From IMG/VR virus record IMGVR_UViG_3300025372_000031, positions 1 through 28,582 of that record: a stretch of DNA of 28,582 nt. One strand, given 5' to 3'. The notes below the pieces were generated by a model, which saw nothing but the letters and a program-made list of their open reading frames with translations, had not been told where the DNA came from and did no database searches. Position numbers and translations under genes: made by a program. The stretch comes from a virus (lineage: Duplodnaviria; Caudoviricetes). Shown here one piece after another: positions 1-8,702 of the stretch (position 1 is its first letter; each line of letters begins with the position of its first letter).

Positions 1-2
1 GA

Positions 3-617
3 AATAAAATATTCAATGAAAAGATTTACTACGCGTTTTATAAGTTGGCTGAAAATATCATTCATACTTTTAAATTCTACTACACAGAAGTAGATAATAT
101 TAATGAATTAAAGCACGAAGTAATTGCTTTCCTACTTGAAAAGTTACACCTTTATGATGATTCTAAAGGAAAAGCTTATTCTTATTTTGGTACTATTGCA
201 AAGAGGTACCTAATTGTTTATAATAATAATAACTACAAAAGACTTAAAGGTAAAGCTACCGTAGAAGCTGTAGATGAAGACAAAACAATTACCAACGAAT
301 TAATACTTAGTCAGAAAGACGACCTAGAAGATAGTAATTTTATTGACCTGTTTATTAAGGAGATAGATGAACAATTGCTAATAATTTTCACAAAACAACA
401 AGAAGCTAGGGTTGCTGATGCTATTTTAGAGTTGTTTAAACGTAGAGAAAGTCTAGACATATTCAATAAAAAAGCATTATTTATCTACATCAAAGAGATT
501 ACTGACGCACCAACCCCAGTTATTACGAAAGTAATTAAAGTCTTAAAAGAGATATATAAAGGAATGTTGGATCAATATTTAGAAGAAGGTACGGAATTTA
601 ACATTTTCACTCGCTAG
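3..617 (+). CDS. Phage RNA polymerase sigma factor (sigma70 region 2-like; probable late sigma, functionally analogous to T4 gp55), 5'-truncated
   Basis: The frame is open from base 3 (NKIFNEKIYYAFYKLAENII...), so the TTG at 45 is probably not the true start. It carries a region-2-like motif, ELKHEVIAFLLEKLHLYDDSKGKAYSYFGTIAKRYL, and lies next to the structural genes. Confidence 0.7.
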   Translation, partial: NKIFNEKIYYAFYKLAENIIHTFKFYYTEVDNINELKHEVIAFLLEKLHLYDDSKGKAYSYFGTIAKRYLIVYNNNNYKRLKGKATVEAVDEDKTITNELILSQKDDLEDSNFIDLFIKEIDEQLLIIFTKQQEARVADAILELFKRRESLDIFNKKALFIYIKEITDAPTPVITKVIKVLKEIYKGMLDQYLEEGTEFNIFTR

Positions 618-618
618 C

Positions 619-625
619 TATTTAT
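619..625 (+). promoter_or_regulatory. TATTTAT late-promoter-like motif
   Basis: Sits in the 21-nt gap before the ATG at 639; the same core recurs in other intergenic gaps. Confidence 0.55.
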
Positions 626-638
626 TTAAAATACGATT

Positions 639-1004
639 ATGGATTTAGATTTTGAATTATATGACGGCAAGAAGTACTCAGACCTGCTAAAAGACATCGT
701 AAAAAACCACAAAAGCAAGCAAAATCAGATCAAACTTTTGACTGATCAGTTAGTAGGAATGGTCGAAGAGCCAGGCGATGCTACTATGATTGTACCTTTA
801 ATTAAGGGTTATTTAGATTCTGATATTAAGAATGACGAAGCCTTAGTTAAGTTAGCACAGATTATGCAAAAAGGCGCAACCGCAACTGCTGCTGAAAATA
901 GTGCGTTTAGCGATAAAGACCTGGAACTATTGTTTACAGACATTCAGAAAAGTACTACCCCATTAAGCGATAAAGAAATAAAAGAATTACCTAACAGCCT
1001 ATAA
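639..1004 (+). CDS. Hypothetical alpha-helical phage protein
   Basis: 121-aa ORF, tightly packed, preceded by the TATTTAT motif; no recognisable catalytic motif. Confidence 0.6.
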   Translation: MDLDFELYDGKKYSDLLKDIVKNHKSKQNQIKLLTDQLVGMVEEPGDATMIVPLIKGYLDSDIKNDEALVKLAQIMQKGATATAAENSAFSDKDLELLFTDIQKSTTPLSDKEIKELPNSL

Positions 1005-1005
1005 T

Positions 1006-1962
1006 ATGTCTCTTAACCCAACATTTATTGGCCAGGTAGGAGCTTCTACCCAAAGACCTAAAGGTGGACCTGAACAAGGTCCTATGATTGGTAGGGTTAC
1101 GCACGTTGTACAGGGACCATTTTTAATGGGTACAAATATTCCTGACACTTACTACAACGATGCTACAGACATAGGGGTTATTACTTTTCAATTATTAGGT
1201 GGACTTCAAGATAGAACTTTAGATAGTGCTGGTAATACAACAGCAAAGCCAATTAACGCTGCTTTAAAGCAATATCCGTTAGAAGGTGAATTTGTATTTG
1301 TAATACCTGGTCCTAGTGTCAATATGAATGATTCTAGAGGTACTAGAGACTTTTATTACTTTCCTCCTTTTAATATTTGGAACGCAAGTCACCACAATGC
1401 ATTTCCTGATTTAGGAGATTATAGTGAGTATGTGAGTTCTATTAACCGCAATTACCAAGATAGTATTGGAACTAATCAACCTGTTAATACCAGTGCAACT
1501 GGATCTTTAACAATGCCTCTAGGTCCTAACTTTCCTGAAAAAGCAAACATAAAAGCCTTAAAACAATTTACTGGAGATGTTACTATCGAGGGTAGATGGG
1601 GTAATTCAATTAGATTTGGATCAACTAATGCAGGTGTAGAAGCAAATGAGAATTATTGGTCTAGTCAAGGTACTGCAGGATCTCCTATTACTATTATAAG
1701 AAACGGACAGGGTACTCAAGAAAACGACATAGCTTGGATTCCAACTGTCGAAAATATAAATGTTGATCCTTCTTCCATTTATTTAACTAATGGACAAAAG
1801 ATAGTAATAGACGATATAGATAACAATTTTAGTCTTATTAGCTTAGGTGTTAATATGCAAAATACAGTTACAGTTGCTATTCCAATCCAACAGCAAGAAA
1901 CTAGTTTTGATACTTTATCACCAAACGAACAGGATAACCGCGTAAAAGGTCTAAATAGTTAA
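1006..1962 (+). CDS. Putative baseplate hub/spike protein, N-terminal part (gp5/VgrG-like OB region)
   Basis: IGRVTHVV...YPLEGEFVFVI resembles the gp5 OB-fold P..GE.V.V motif; GDVTIEGRWGNSIRFGST resembles the start of the beta-helix; upstream of gp25/gp6-like genes. Confidence 0.55.
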   Translation: MSLNPTFIGQVGASTQRPKGGPEQGPMIGRVTHVVQGPFLMGTNIPDTYYNDATDIGVITFQLLGGLQDRTLDSAGNTTAKPINAALKQYPLEGEFVFVIPGPSVNMNDSRGTRDFYYFPPFNIWNASHHNAFPDLGDYSEYVSSINRNYQDSIGTNQPVNTSATGSLTMPLGPNFPEKANIKALKQFTGDVTIEGRWGNSIRFGSTNAGVEANENYWSSQGTAGSPITIIRNGQGTQENDIAWIPTVENINVDPSSIYLTNGQKIVIDDIDNNFSLISLGVNMQNTVTVAIPIQQQETSFDTLSPNEQDNRVKGLNS

Positions 1963-1963
1963 T

Positions 1964-2392
1964 ATGTACGTACCACAATTTCCATATTTAGGTAATCAAG
2001 CAATTATATCATCTGGAAGAGTAGTTACTCACTCTAAGGACGACTTTATATTTTTATTTGGAAAGAAAGGAGTATCTGTATCTTCTCCAGCCACATTTAC
2101 TGTAGACGCTGAAGAAAGAACTATTTTAGCTTCACCAAAGATTGAGTTAGGATACCAAGCTGAAACTCAAGGAGAGTCTGTTTTATTAGGAGATAGTACA
2201 GTAGAGCAATTAGGTTTCTTATTAGACGCTATACAAAACTTAAGTGACGCCTTAGCTGAAATATCAGCAGAAGAACCTGAAACAGCTATTGCTGGGATAA
2301 TTCAAACTGCAACGATACTAAGCGGAACTGCCCAAACTGTAAAAGCACAACTAACTAACTTTTGTTTATCAAACACAACCTATACTAAATAA
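1964..2392 (+). CDS. Putative baseplate spike, C-terminal part
   Basis: Short beta-strand repeats (QAIISSGRVVTHSKDDFIFLFGKKGVSVSS, KIELG, ESVLLGD) followed by a helix; starts 1 nt after the previous stop. Confidence 0.5.
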   Translation: MYVPQFPYLGNQAIISSGRVVTHSKDDFIFLFGKKGVSVSSPATFTVDAEERTILASPKIELGYQAETQGESVLLGDSTVEQLGFLLDAIQNLSDALAEISAEEPETAIAGIIQTATILSGTAQTVKAQLTNFCLSNTTYTK

Positions 2393-4371
2393 TGGCTACA
2401 GGTAATTTAGCGACATCGTTAGAAAAGTTGGTAAACAACTCTGCAAAGCAGTTAGGTAAGTATCAAGTAGGTGTTAATAAAGTACTATGGGGTAACGGCA
2501 ACACTCAGCCTAATATAACAACAAAATACTCTGCAGCTACTGGTACCTTACAGTACTCTTCTTCGATAGCAACCACTCCCACTCAAACTCCGAAGGGTAA
2601 TATTTTAAATAGTGGTGTAATACATGCTTTAAATGTTGTTAACCAAGTTGATATCTGTAACGTAATTACCTACTTAACTACTCCCACAAGTACTAAGCCT
2701 GCACCACGTCCTCAAAAACCTTGGTCAACACAGCAAGCAACTTTCTATACTTTACAAGATGAGTGTAGTTTAATTATATCCTACATTGACACATACGTTG
2801 CCCATCCTAATACTCTTATAAATTCCTATATAAACCTTACAGCAGATTTAATAGCCAACACACCTCCTTCAGGTACTTTACAACCACCAAATGGAGCTGT
2901 AACTCAAAATGAAGCTAAGCAACAAACTGCTCCACAAGGATCAGTTAATCCTAATACCATAGCAGCTACTCAATCTACAGGAACTGCAGGCACTACTAAT
3001 TTACAAGGAACCGATGTATTAAGATATAACACATATTACTTACTTAAAAGTATTTCTAACGTATTTACTTTTAGTGGTACTTCTGGTTCTTTATTTACAC
3101 CTGAAGACAGACAAACTTTACAATTAATACCAGGCATTGGGAATAATCTAAACATACTAGATGATTTTATAGGTATTACAAAAAAGTATACAGATTACAG
3201 ACAAATAAACAACGCTCAACTACAAGCAATTGTACAGAAGGTTAATTTGCTAAGAACGATCTGTGTTACTGTAAATAATCTAAATTTTAATAATGCCTTA
3301 GTAACAGCTGCAACATTTCTACCAAATGACATACGCAGTCAAATTCAGCAGATAAGCAAGTTCTTAGATCCAAAACAACTAATACCCACCTTAAAACAAA
3401 TTAATGCAGCTGTTCAGTCATTCATTTTGATTGGAAAACAAATACAGGGAATATTAAAACTAGGGCAACTTCTAATCAAGTTAGTATTATTGTTTAATAA
3501 AGTATATAAGTTTGTACTTACTTTTCTTACTAAACTACCCCTTCCTAATCAATTTACGACAACTGGTATAACTAATACTTTTAGTCAAGCTACTCAAGCA
3601 GCTAAAAATGAAAGTGATGGTTTAACCATTCTCCTAAAAGCTATTAACGCTCTATTATCCGTCGTAGTTAACTTTATTAGATACTTACTTGCAAGCGCAA
3701 ATGAAATTTTAGCAAGATTACAAAAGCTACTTACAACTTTAGAAGGTTGTGATGCTATGAAGAATTCGGATGTTGTAGCTCAACTGAGACAAACTTCCAA
3801 CGACTTAGAGAACTTGCAAAAAGAATTAGCGACTTACGTAATATCCTACGATCTTCAAACTAGTCCAACAACAACTAATTTTCAAGGCTATACTATTAAC
3901 GTAGTTCCTGAAGAAGTATCCTCTGCGGTAATTTATCCACGTAGAAGAGGTATAGCTTTGGATCAATATGGTGAAATTGTAGCACAATCAGATCTAACTT
4001 TTGCTACTGATACTCAAGTAATTATAGCTGAAGTACAGCAAAAACTCGTATCTTTAAAACTTGCTAAACCAAGTTATGGAGCAGTGGATGCAAGTAGCCT
4101 AGCTGTAATAAACATCTCTTTAGGCTTTTTAGACACTAATGACGTCCAGCAAAATGACCTGAATCTTCCAGTAACATCCTTAGATGCACCAAATAACTTA
4201 GACGAAAATAGTGGTTTAGGTCTAAACGCATTTGTAAATAACTTAAAGGGTGGAAGAGCATTGAGAAGAAGAACAAGATCAGCTCTTGACAACGCTAGTC
4301 AAAACCTTAAATCCCAAATATCAGGAGAAACTACGGCTGCAAAGCAATCTGTAACCGGAAGTACTGGATAA
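2392..4371 (+). CDS. Hypothetical virion-associated protein with long amphipathic/hydrophobic helices
   Basis: 659 aa; TAATG overlap with the previous gene; hydrophobic helices ILKLGQLLIKLVLLFNKVYKFVLTFL and LLKAINALLSVVVNFIRYLL; located inside the baseplate module. Confidence 0.55.
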   Translation: MATGNLATSLEKLVNNSAKQLGKYQVGVNKVLWGNGNTQPNITTKYSAATGTLQYSSSIATTPTQTPKGNILNSGVIHALNVVNQVDICNVITYLTTPTSTKPAPRPQKPWSTQQATFYTLQDECSLIISYIDTYVAHPNTLINSYINLTADLIANTPPSGTLQPPNGAVTQNEAKQQTAPQGSVNPNTIAATQSTGTAGTTNLQGTDVLRYNTYYLLKSISNVFTFSGTSGSLFTPEDRQTLQLIPGIGNNLNILDDFIGITKKYTDYRQINNAQLQAIVQKVNLLRTICVTVNNLNFNNALVTAATFLPNDIRSQIQQISKFLDPKQLIPTLKQINAAVQSFILIGKQIQGILKLGQLLIKLVLLFNKVYKFVLTFLTKLPLPNQFTTTGITNTFSQATQAAKNESDGLTILLKAINALLSVVVNFIRYLLASANEILARLQKLLTTLEGCDAMKNSDVVAQLRQTSNDLENLQKELATYVISYDLQTSPTTTNFQGYTINVVPEEVSSAVIYPRRRGIALDQYGEIVAQSDLTFATDTQVIIAEVQQKLVSLKLAKPSYGAVDASSLAVINISLGFLDTNDVQQNDLNLPVTSLDAPNNLDENSGLGLNAFVNNLKGGRALRRRTRSALDNASQNLKSQISGETTAAKQSVTGSTG

Positions 4372-4386
4372 AAACAAATAGTCAAA

Positions 4387-4395
4387 ATATTTATA
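4387..4395 (+). promoter_or_regulatory. ATATTTATA late-promoter-like motif
   Basis: Intergenic, ending 5 nt before the ATG at 4401; identical 9-mer at 13465 and 24674. Confidence 0.65.
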
Positions 4396-4400
4396 AACAT

Positions 4401-4832
4401 ATGGCAAAGTTAGATTTATTAAGAAAATTAATCCGTGAGGAAGTCAGAGGTGTCTTCCAAGAGGAACTCGCTGGCATTCTAAAAGAGGCTATTATAGCTA
4501 ATAAAGGTACTCAAACTATCGTAGAATCAGCAAAACCAAGACCAGCATCGCCTGGTACTTTAAATAGACAAGCTCCTAGAGCTATTGCTCCTGTATTGAA
4601 GCCTGGCAATCCATTAAACAGTATTTTAGCTGAAACAGCTAGATCAATGTCTCCTGACGAATTTGGAGATTTAAATGGACAGCCAATAGAAAGAGACACT
4701 CCTATTGTAGAATCGGTGGGAGATATGTTTGCAAATGCAAGAGGAAGTTCTAGTGTTGAAGCAGTTCAAATTAACGCTGTACCAGACTTTACAGCCTTAA
4801 TGAGTAAAATGAAAGCAAACGGCGAAATTTAA
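4401..4832 (+). CDS. Hypothetical phage protein
   Basis: 143 aa; N-terminal helix LLRKLIREEVR; TAATG-coupled to the gp25-like gene. Confidence 0.6.
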   Translation: MAKLDLLRKLIREEVRGVFQEELAGILKEAIIANKGTQTIVESAKPRPASPGTLNRQAPRAIAPVLKPGNPLNSILAETARSMSPDEFGDLNGQPIERDTPIVESVGDMFANARGSSSVEAVQINAVPDFTALMSKMKANGEI

Positions 4833-5245
4833 TGGCATACGGCTTAAAAAATATCAACGTATTAGATTTAAGACCTTCAACCGGGGTTGGAGTTGCTTTG
4901 CCTTTCAGTACACCCGCAGTCTTTCAAACCGTGTATACAACGAAGGAACAGCTTAAATACAACCTGATTAACTTCTTACTGACTGATAAGCGCGAAAGAA
5001 TATTTAACGCGAATTTTGGCGGTAATATAAGGAGACAGCTTTTTGAGCAAATAACAGTAGAAACTGTTGATAACTTAGATACTCAAATTAGATCAGGAAT
5101 AGCTCAATACTTTCCAAATGTAATTATCACAAAACTAACATTTGGTGGTAATGTTGCGCAGAATGAACTAATAATAAATTTTTCGTATACAATAAATAAT
5201 ACGGGTGAATCCGATAACGTAATACTAAACCTAAATGGCCAATAA
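4832..5245 (+). CDS. Baseplate wedge / sheath initiator protein (T4 gp25 / GPW family)
   Basis: EQLKYNLINFLLTDKRERIFNANFGGNIRRQLFEQ matches the gp25 signature L.T..GER...P.FG..L...LFE; size is typical and it precedes a gp6-like gene. Confidence 0.9.
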   Translation: MAYGLKNINVLDLRPSTGVGVALPFSTPAVFQTVYTTKEQLKYNLINFLLTDKRERIFNANFGGNIRRQLFEQITVETVDNLDTQIRSGIAQYFPNVIITKLTFGGNVAQNELIINFSYTINNTGESDNVILNLNGQ

Positions 5246-7094
5246 GAATATAACATATTTAAATAAAGATTTCACGTCGTTTAGAGATTCTTTGATTCAA
5301 TACGCCCAAGCGTATTATCCAACATCCTATAACGACTTCTCAACTTCGTCTCCAGGAACTATGTTCATTGAGATGGCTTCTTATGTTGGCGATGTATTGT
5401 CGTTTTATTTAGATAATCAAGTTCAAGAGAACTTCTTAGAGTATGCAAAGCAAACTAATAACTTATTTACTTTAGCTTATATGTTTGGCTATAGACCTAA
5501 AGTAACATCAGCAGCTATCGTTAACTTAGATGTGTATCAACAGCTACCAGCTTCTGGTGCTAGCTACGCCCCTGATTTTAACTATGCGATGGTTGTTTCT
5601 GATGGCTTACAAGTAAAGTCAAACGTCAATGGTACAAATTACTTCTATACTCCTAATATAGTAAACTTTAATAATTCATCTTCAGCAGACCCGACCGACA
5701 TATCTGTTTATACTACTGTAAATGGTAATCCTAACACTTATTTACTTCATAAAAAGACTCAAGCAATTTCTGGACAGGTAAAGACTACAACTCTTACTTT
5801 TGGTGCTGCCCAACAATTTCCTATCCAAACTATCCAGGATACTAATATAATTGAAATCTTAAACGTAGTTGATAGTAGTGGTAATATTTGGTATGAAGTA
5901 CCTTATTTGGCTCAAAACTATATTTTAAAAGCTGTACAGAACACAGCCGCTAATTATCCTCAGTTATATCAACAGGCAAACCAAGTTCCGTATGTCCTAC
6001 AAAGACAGTATGTGAATAATAGATTCGTTTCTAGATTTACAACTACGTCTACTCTAGAATTAGAGTTTGGTGCTGGAGTACAAGCTGTATCAGGAACGCT
6101 TCCTAATCCTTTCAATGTAGGTATTGGAACTGTAAACGGTCTTAACTTATTAAACACAGCATTTGATCCAACCAACTTTGTTGTCAATAATTCCTATGGT
6201 GTAGCACCCGTAAATACTACTTTAACAGTTACTTATTTAGTTGGTGGTGGAGCTACAGCAAATGTTGGTGTAAACGAACTAACACAGATTGTAACAAGCA
6301 ATATAACATTCCCTAACCCAACTAACGCAACACTACAAAACAATATCCAAGGAACCTTAGCAATTAACAATACTACACCAGCAATCGGTGGCGGTGATGG
6401 CGACTCCCCAGATGGTATTAGGTTAAATACTTTAGCTGCTTTTCCTTCTCAGATGAGAGCCGTGACGCAACAAGATTATCTTGGTGTTGTATTAGGTATG
6501 CCTGCAAAGTTTGGTCAAGTTGCAAAAGCTTATGTTACCAAAGACAATGCTATTTTTGCACAATACTTAGTAGGTAAGCCAGGAGAAAATAATCCTTTAG
6601 CAACTTCAATTTACTTGTTGACATACAATACTGACGGAACATTTACAACACCAGGAACAGCCTTGGTACAAAACGTTCAAACTTACCTAGACGACTATAG
6701 AATGTTGACTGATACTATTTTATTGAAGCCTGCTTATATAATTAATATTCAAGTAAGTTTTAATATAATAACATTACCAAACTATACTCCAAGAGCAGTT
6801 TTAGCAGATTGTATTTTAGCTCTACAGACTTATTTTGCTAGAGGAAACTGGCAAATAAACCAACCAATTATATTGTCTGACGTTTATTCAATGTTAGATC
6901 AAGTAGCAGGAGTACAAACAGTACAGTCTGTTAATATTACAAACATAGCTGGAACCTCAACAGGCTATTCTCCTTATAGTTATGACATATCAGCAGCAAC
7001 ATTAAATAACGTTATTTATCCTTCTTTAGATCCAAGTATCTTTGAGGTTAAATACCCTAACACAGATATTCAAGGACGTGTAGTAACAATGTAA
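5235..7094 (+). CDS. Baseplate wedge subunit (T4 gp6 / baseplate J-like)
   Basis: N-terminal KDFTSFRDSL...MFIEMASYVGDVLSFYLD...ENFLEYA...LAYMFGYRP, plus LEFGAG, YLVGGGATANV and GGGDGDS...RAVTQQDY. Confidence 0.9.
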   Translation: MANKNITYLNKDFTSFRDSLIQYAQAYYPTSYNDFSTSSPGTMFIEMASYVGDVLSFYLDNQVQENFLEYAKQTNNLFTLAYMFGYRPKVTSAAIVNLDVYQQLPASGASYAPDFNYAMVVSDGLQVKSNVNGTNYFYTPNIVNFNNSSSADPTDISVYTTVNGNPNTYLLHKKTQAISGQVKTTTLTFGAAQQFPIQTIQDTNIIEILNVVDSSGNIWYEVPYLAQNYILKAVQNTAANYPQLYQQANQVPYVLQRQYVNNRFVSRFTTTSTLELEFGAGVQAVSGTLPNPFNVGIGTVNGLNLLNTAFDPTNFVVNNSYGVAPVNTTLTVTYLVGGGATANVGVNELTQIVTSNITFPNPTNATLQNNIQGTLAINNTTPAIGGGDGDSPDGIRLNTLAAFPSQMRAVTQQDYLGVVLGMPAKFGQVAKAYVTKDNAIFAQYLVGKPGENNPLATSIYLLTYNTDGTFTTPGTALVQNVQTYLDDYRMLTDTILLKPAYIINIQVSFNIITLPNYTPRAVLADCILALQTYFARGNWQINQPIILSDVYSMLDQVAGVQTVQSVNITNIAGTSTGYSPYSYDISAATLNNVIYPSLDPSIFEVKYPNTDIQGRVVTM

Positions 7095-7098
7095 TAAT

Positions 7099-8352
7099 AT
7101 GGCAGTATACAATATATTCGCATCAGCAGATGCATCGCTTTATTCTCTTTACCCTGCAAAAAACACAGGTAGAGATCCTATACTAGAAGTATCTGTAAGA
7201 AACTCACAAGTAGGCGTTGGTTATCTTGGTCAAGTACCTTTAACCGAAAACCCTTACTACAGCTACGAATTATCTCAGAATGCTAACTATACTGATACCC
7301 AATTCTTTTTTCCTACAACGGACATAAGAAGAGCTGTTTTGCAATTTTCTCCAAGTGACGTATCTACTTTATATAGCTTTGTAACTCAATCTATAAGTGG
7401 TGCTTGGTCTGCAAGCTTACATATGTTTTTAGCTGATGCTTCTAACTTAAGTACAACGTATTCTTTGCAGGCATACGCTGTAACAGAGTCTTGGTCTATG
7501 GGTACTGGAATGTATGCAAATACTCCACAAGTGACTAATGGGGTTAGCTGGACTTATACTGGAGCTTCAGGTAGCTCAACTCCTTGGACTAATCCAGGAG
7601 GCGACTATACAACTAGTTTAAGTGGTAGTCAGCAATTCGGCTACATGTCTAATAAAGACATTAATATGGACGTTACAAATGTTGTAAATGCTTGGTTTAG
7701 TGGTTCTACTAACGGCTTTTATAGCATGATAGTAAAGCATCCAAACTACGTAGAGCAAAGTACTGGATCGTTTGTAGAGTTAAAATTCTTTTCGGTAGAT
7801 ACACACACAATCTATCCACCAACAATTCAGTTTAAGTGGAATGACGCTTACTATTTTCCAGCAGCAAATGCAAACTATGTTCTAGATGATGAGATTACTG
7901 TAACCTTGGCAAACAATCCTGGACAGTTTAAACAGAACCAGATTTATAAAATGAGAACTGCAGTAAGGGAAACCTACCCTGTAAGACAATTTACAACTCA
8001 GTCTGTTTATTTAAACGCACTTTATTTATCTCAGCAGAGTTATTGGGCATTACAAGATGTAAAGACGCAAGAAATGATTGTTGACTTTGATCCTCTATAT
8101 ACAGCTTTAAGTGCAGATAGCGTAAGTAATTATTTTACTTTATACACAAGTGGGTTGGAAGTTAATAGATATTATCGTATATTAATAAAGACAAACATAT
8201 ATTCTACTACATACGGTCCACTTTCAACGTATAATAGTGAGCAAGCAATATACAACGCTTTATCTTTATACGGATCAGCAGATTTGGCATTATTACCTGC
8301 AGAAACAGTAATTTATAGCGGTGAAAATTTAGTATTTAAAATAATAGAATAG
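7099..8352 (+). CDS. Virion structural protein with DNRLRE-like beta-sandwich domain
   Basis: ADASLYSLYPAKNTG...LEV...RRAVLQF...YAVTESW...VSW...WTNPGGDY...MDVTNVVNAW pattern resembles DNRLRE domains; rich in S/T/Y/N. Confidence 0.55.
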   Translation: MAVYNIFASADASLYSLYPAKNTGRDPILEVSVRNSQVGVGYLGQVPLTENPYYSYELSQNANYTDTQFFFPTTDIRRAVLQFSPSDVSTLYSFVTQSISGAWSASLHMFLADASNLSTTYSLQAYAVTESWSMGTGMYANTPQVTNGVSWTYTGASGSSTPWTNPGGDYTTSLSGSQQFGYMSNKDINMDVTNVVNAWFSGSTNGFYSMIVKHPNYVEQSTGSFVELKFFSVDTHTIYPPTIQFKWNDAYYFPAANANYVLDDEITVTLANNPGQFKQNQIYKMRTAVRETYPVRQFTTQSVYLNALYLSQQSYWALQDVKTQEMIVDFDPLYTALSADSVSNYFTLYTSGLEVNRYYRILIKTNIYSTTYGPLSTYNSEQAIYNALSLYGSADLALLPAETVIYSGENLVFKIIE

Positions 8353-8354
8353 AA

Positions 8355-8702
8355 ATGTCGCAACAGCAACTTAACTTAATAAAGGAGGTATATGGACGTA
8401 ACACTTACACGAGAGTTATAGACACTTCGTTTGCCGAGTTATATTCGCCAGTTACAGCATCTGTTATTACACCTTCAATAACCATTGAACAATTTTTCGA
8501 CGCTTATAACAATCTATTCTTTCAAATACCAGCTACTGGACAGGTTAATTCACATCAGTACTTAGTAGAAAGAAGTACAGCTTATTTAGGTGGTGGTGCA
8601 TTAACAGCAAACGAACAAGCATATATTGCGGAAATCAACTCTCTAAGAGAACAATTATTACAAGTAAATCAAAATTACTTAAACCTAACTAATATAGTGT
8701 AA
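8355..8702 (+). CDS. Hypothetical small baseplate-module protein with C-terminal coiled coil
   Basis: 115 aa; EQAYIAEINSLREQLLQVNQ coiled coil; TAATG-coupled to the next gene. Confidence 0.6.
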   Translation: MSQQQLNLIKEVYGRNTYTRVIDTSFAELYSPVTASVITPSITIEQFFDAYNNLFFQIPATGQVNSHQYLVERSTAYLGGGALTANEQAYIAEINSLREQLLQVNQNYLNLTNIV

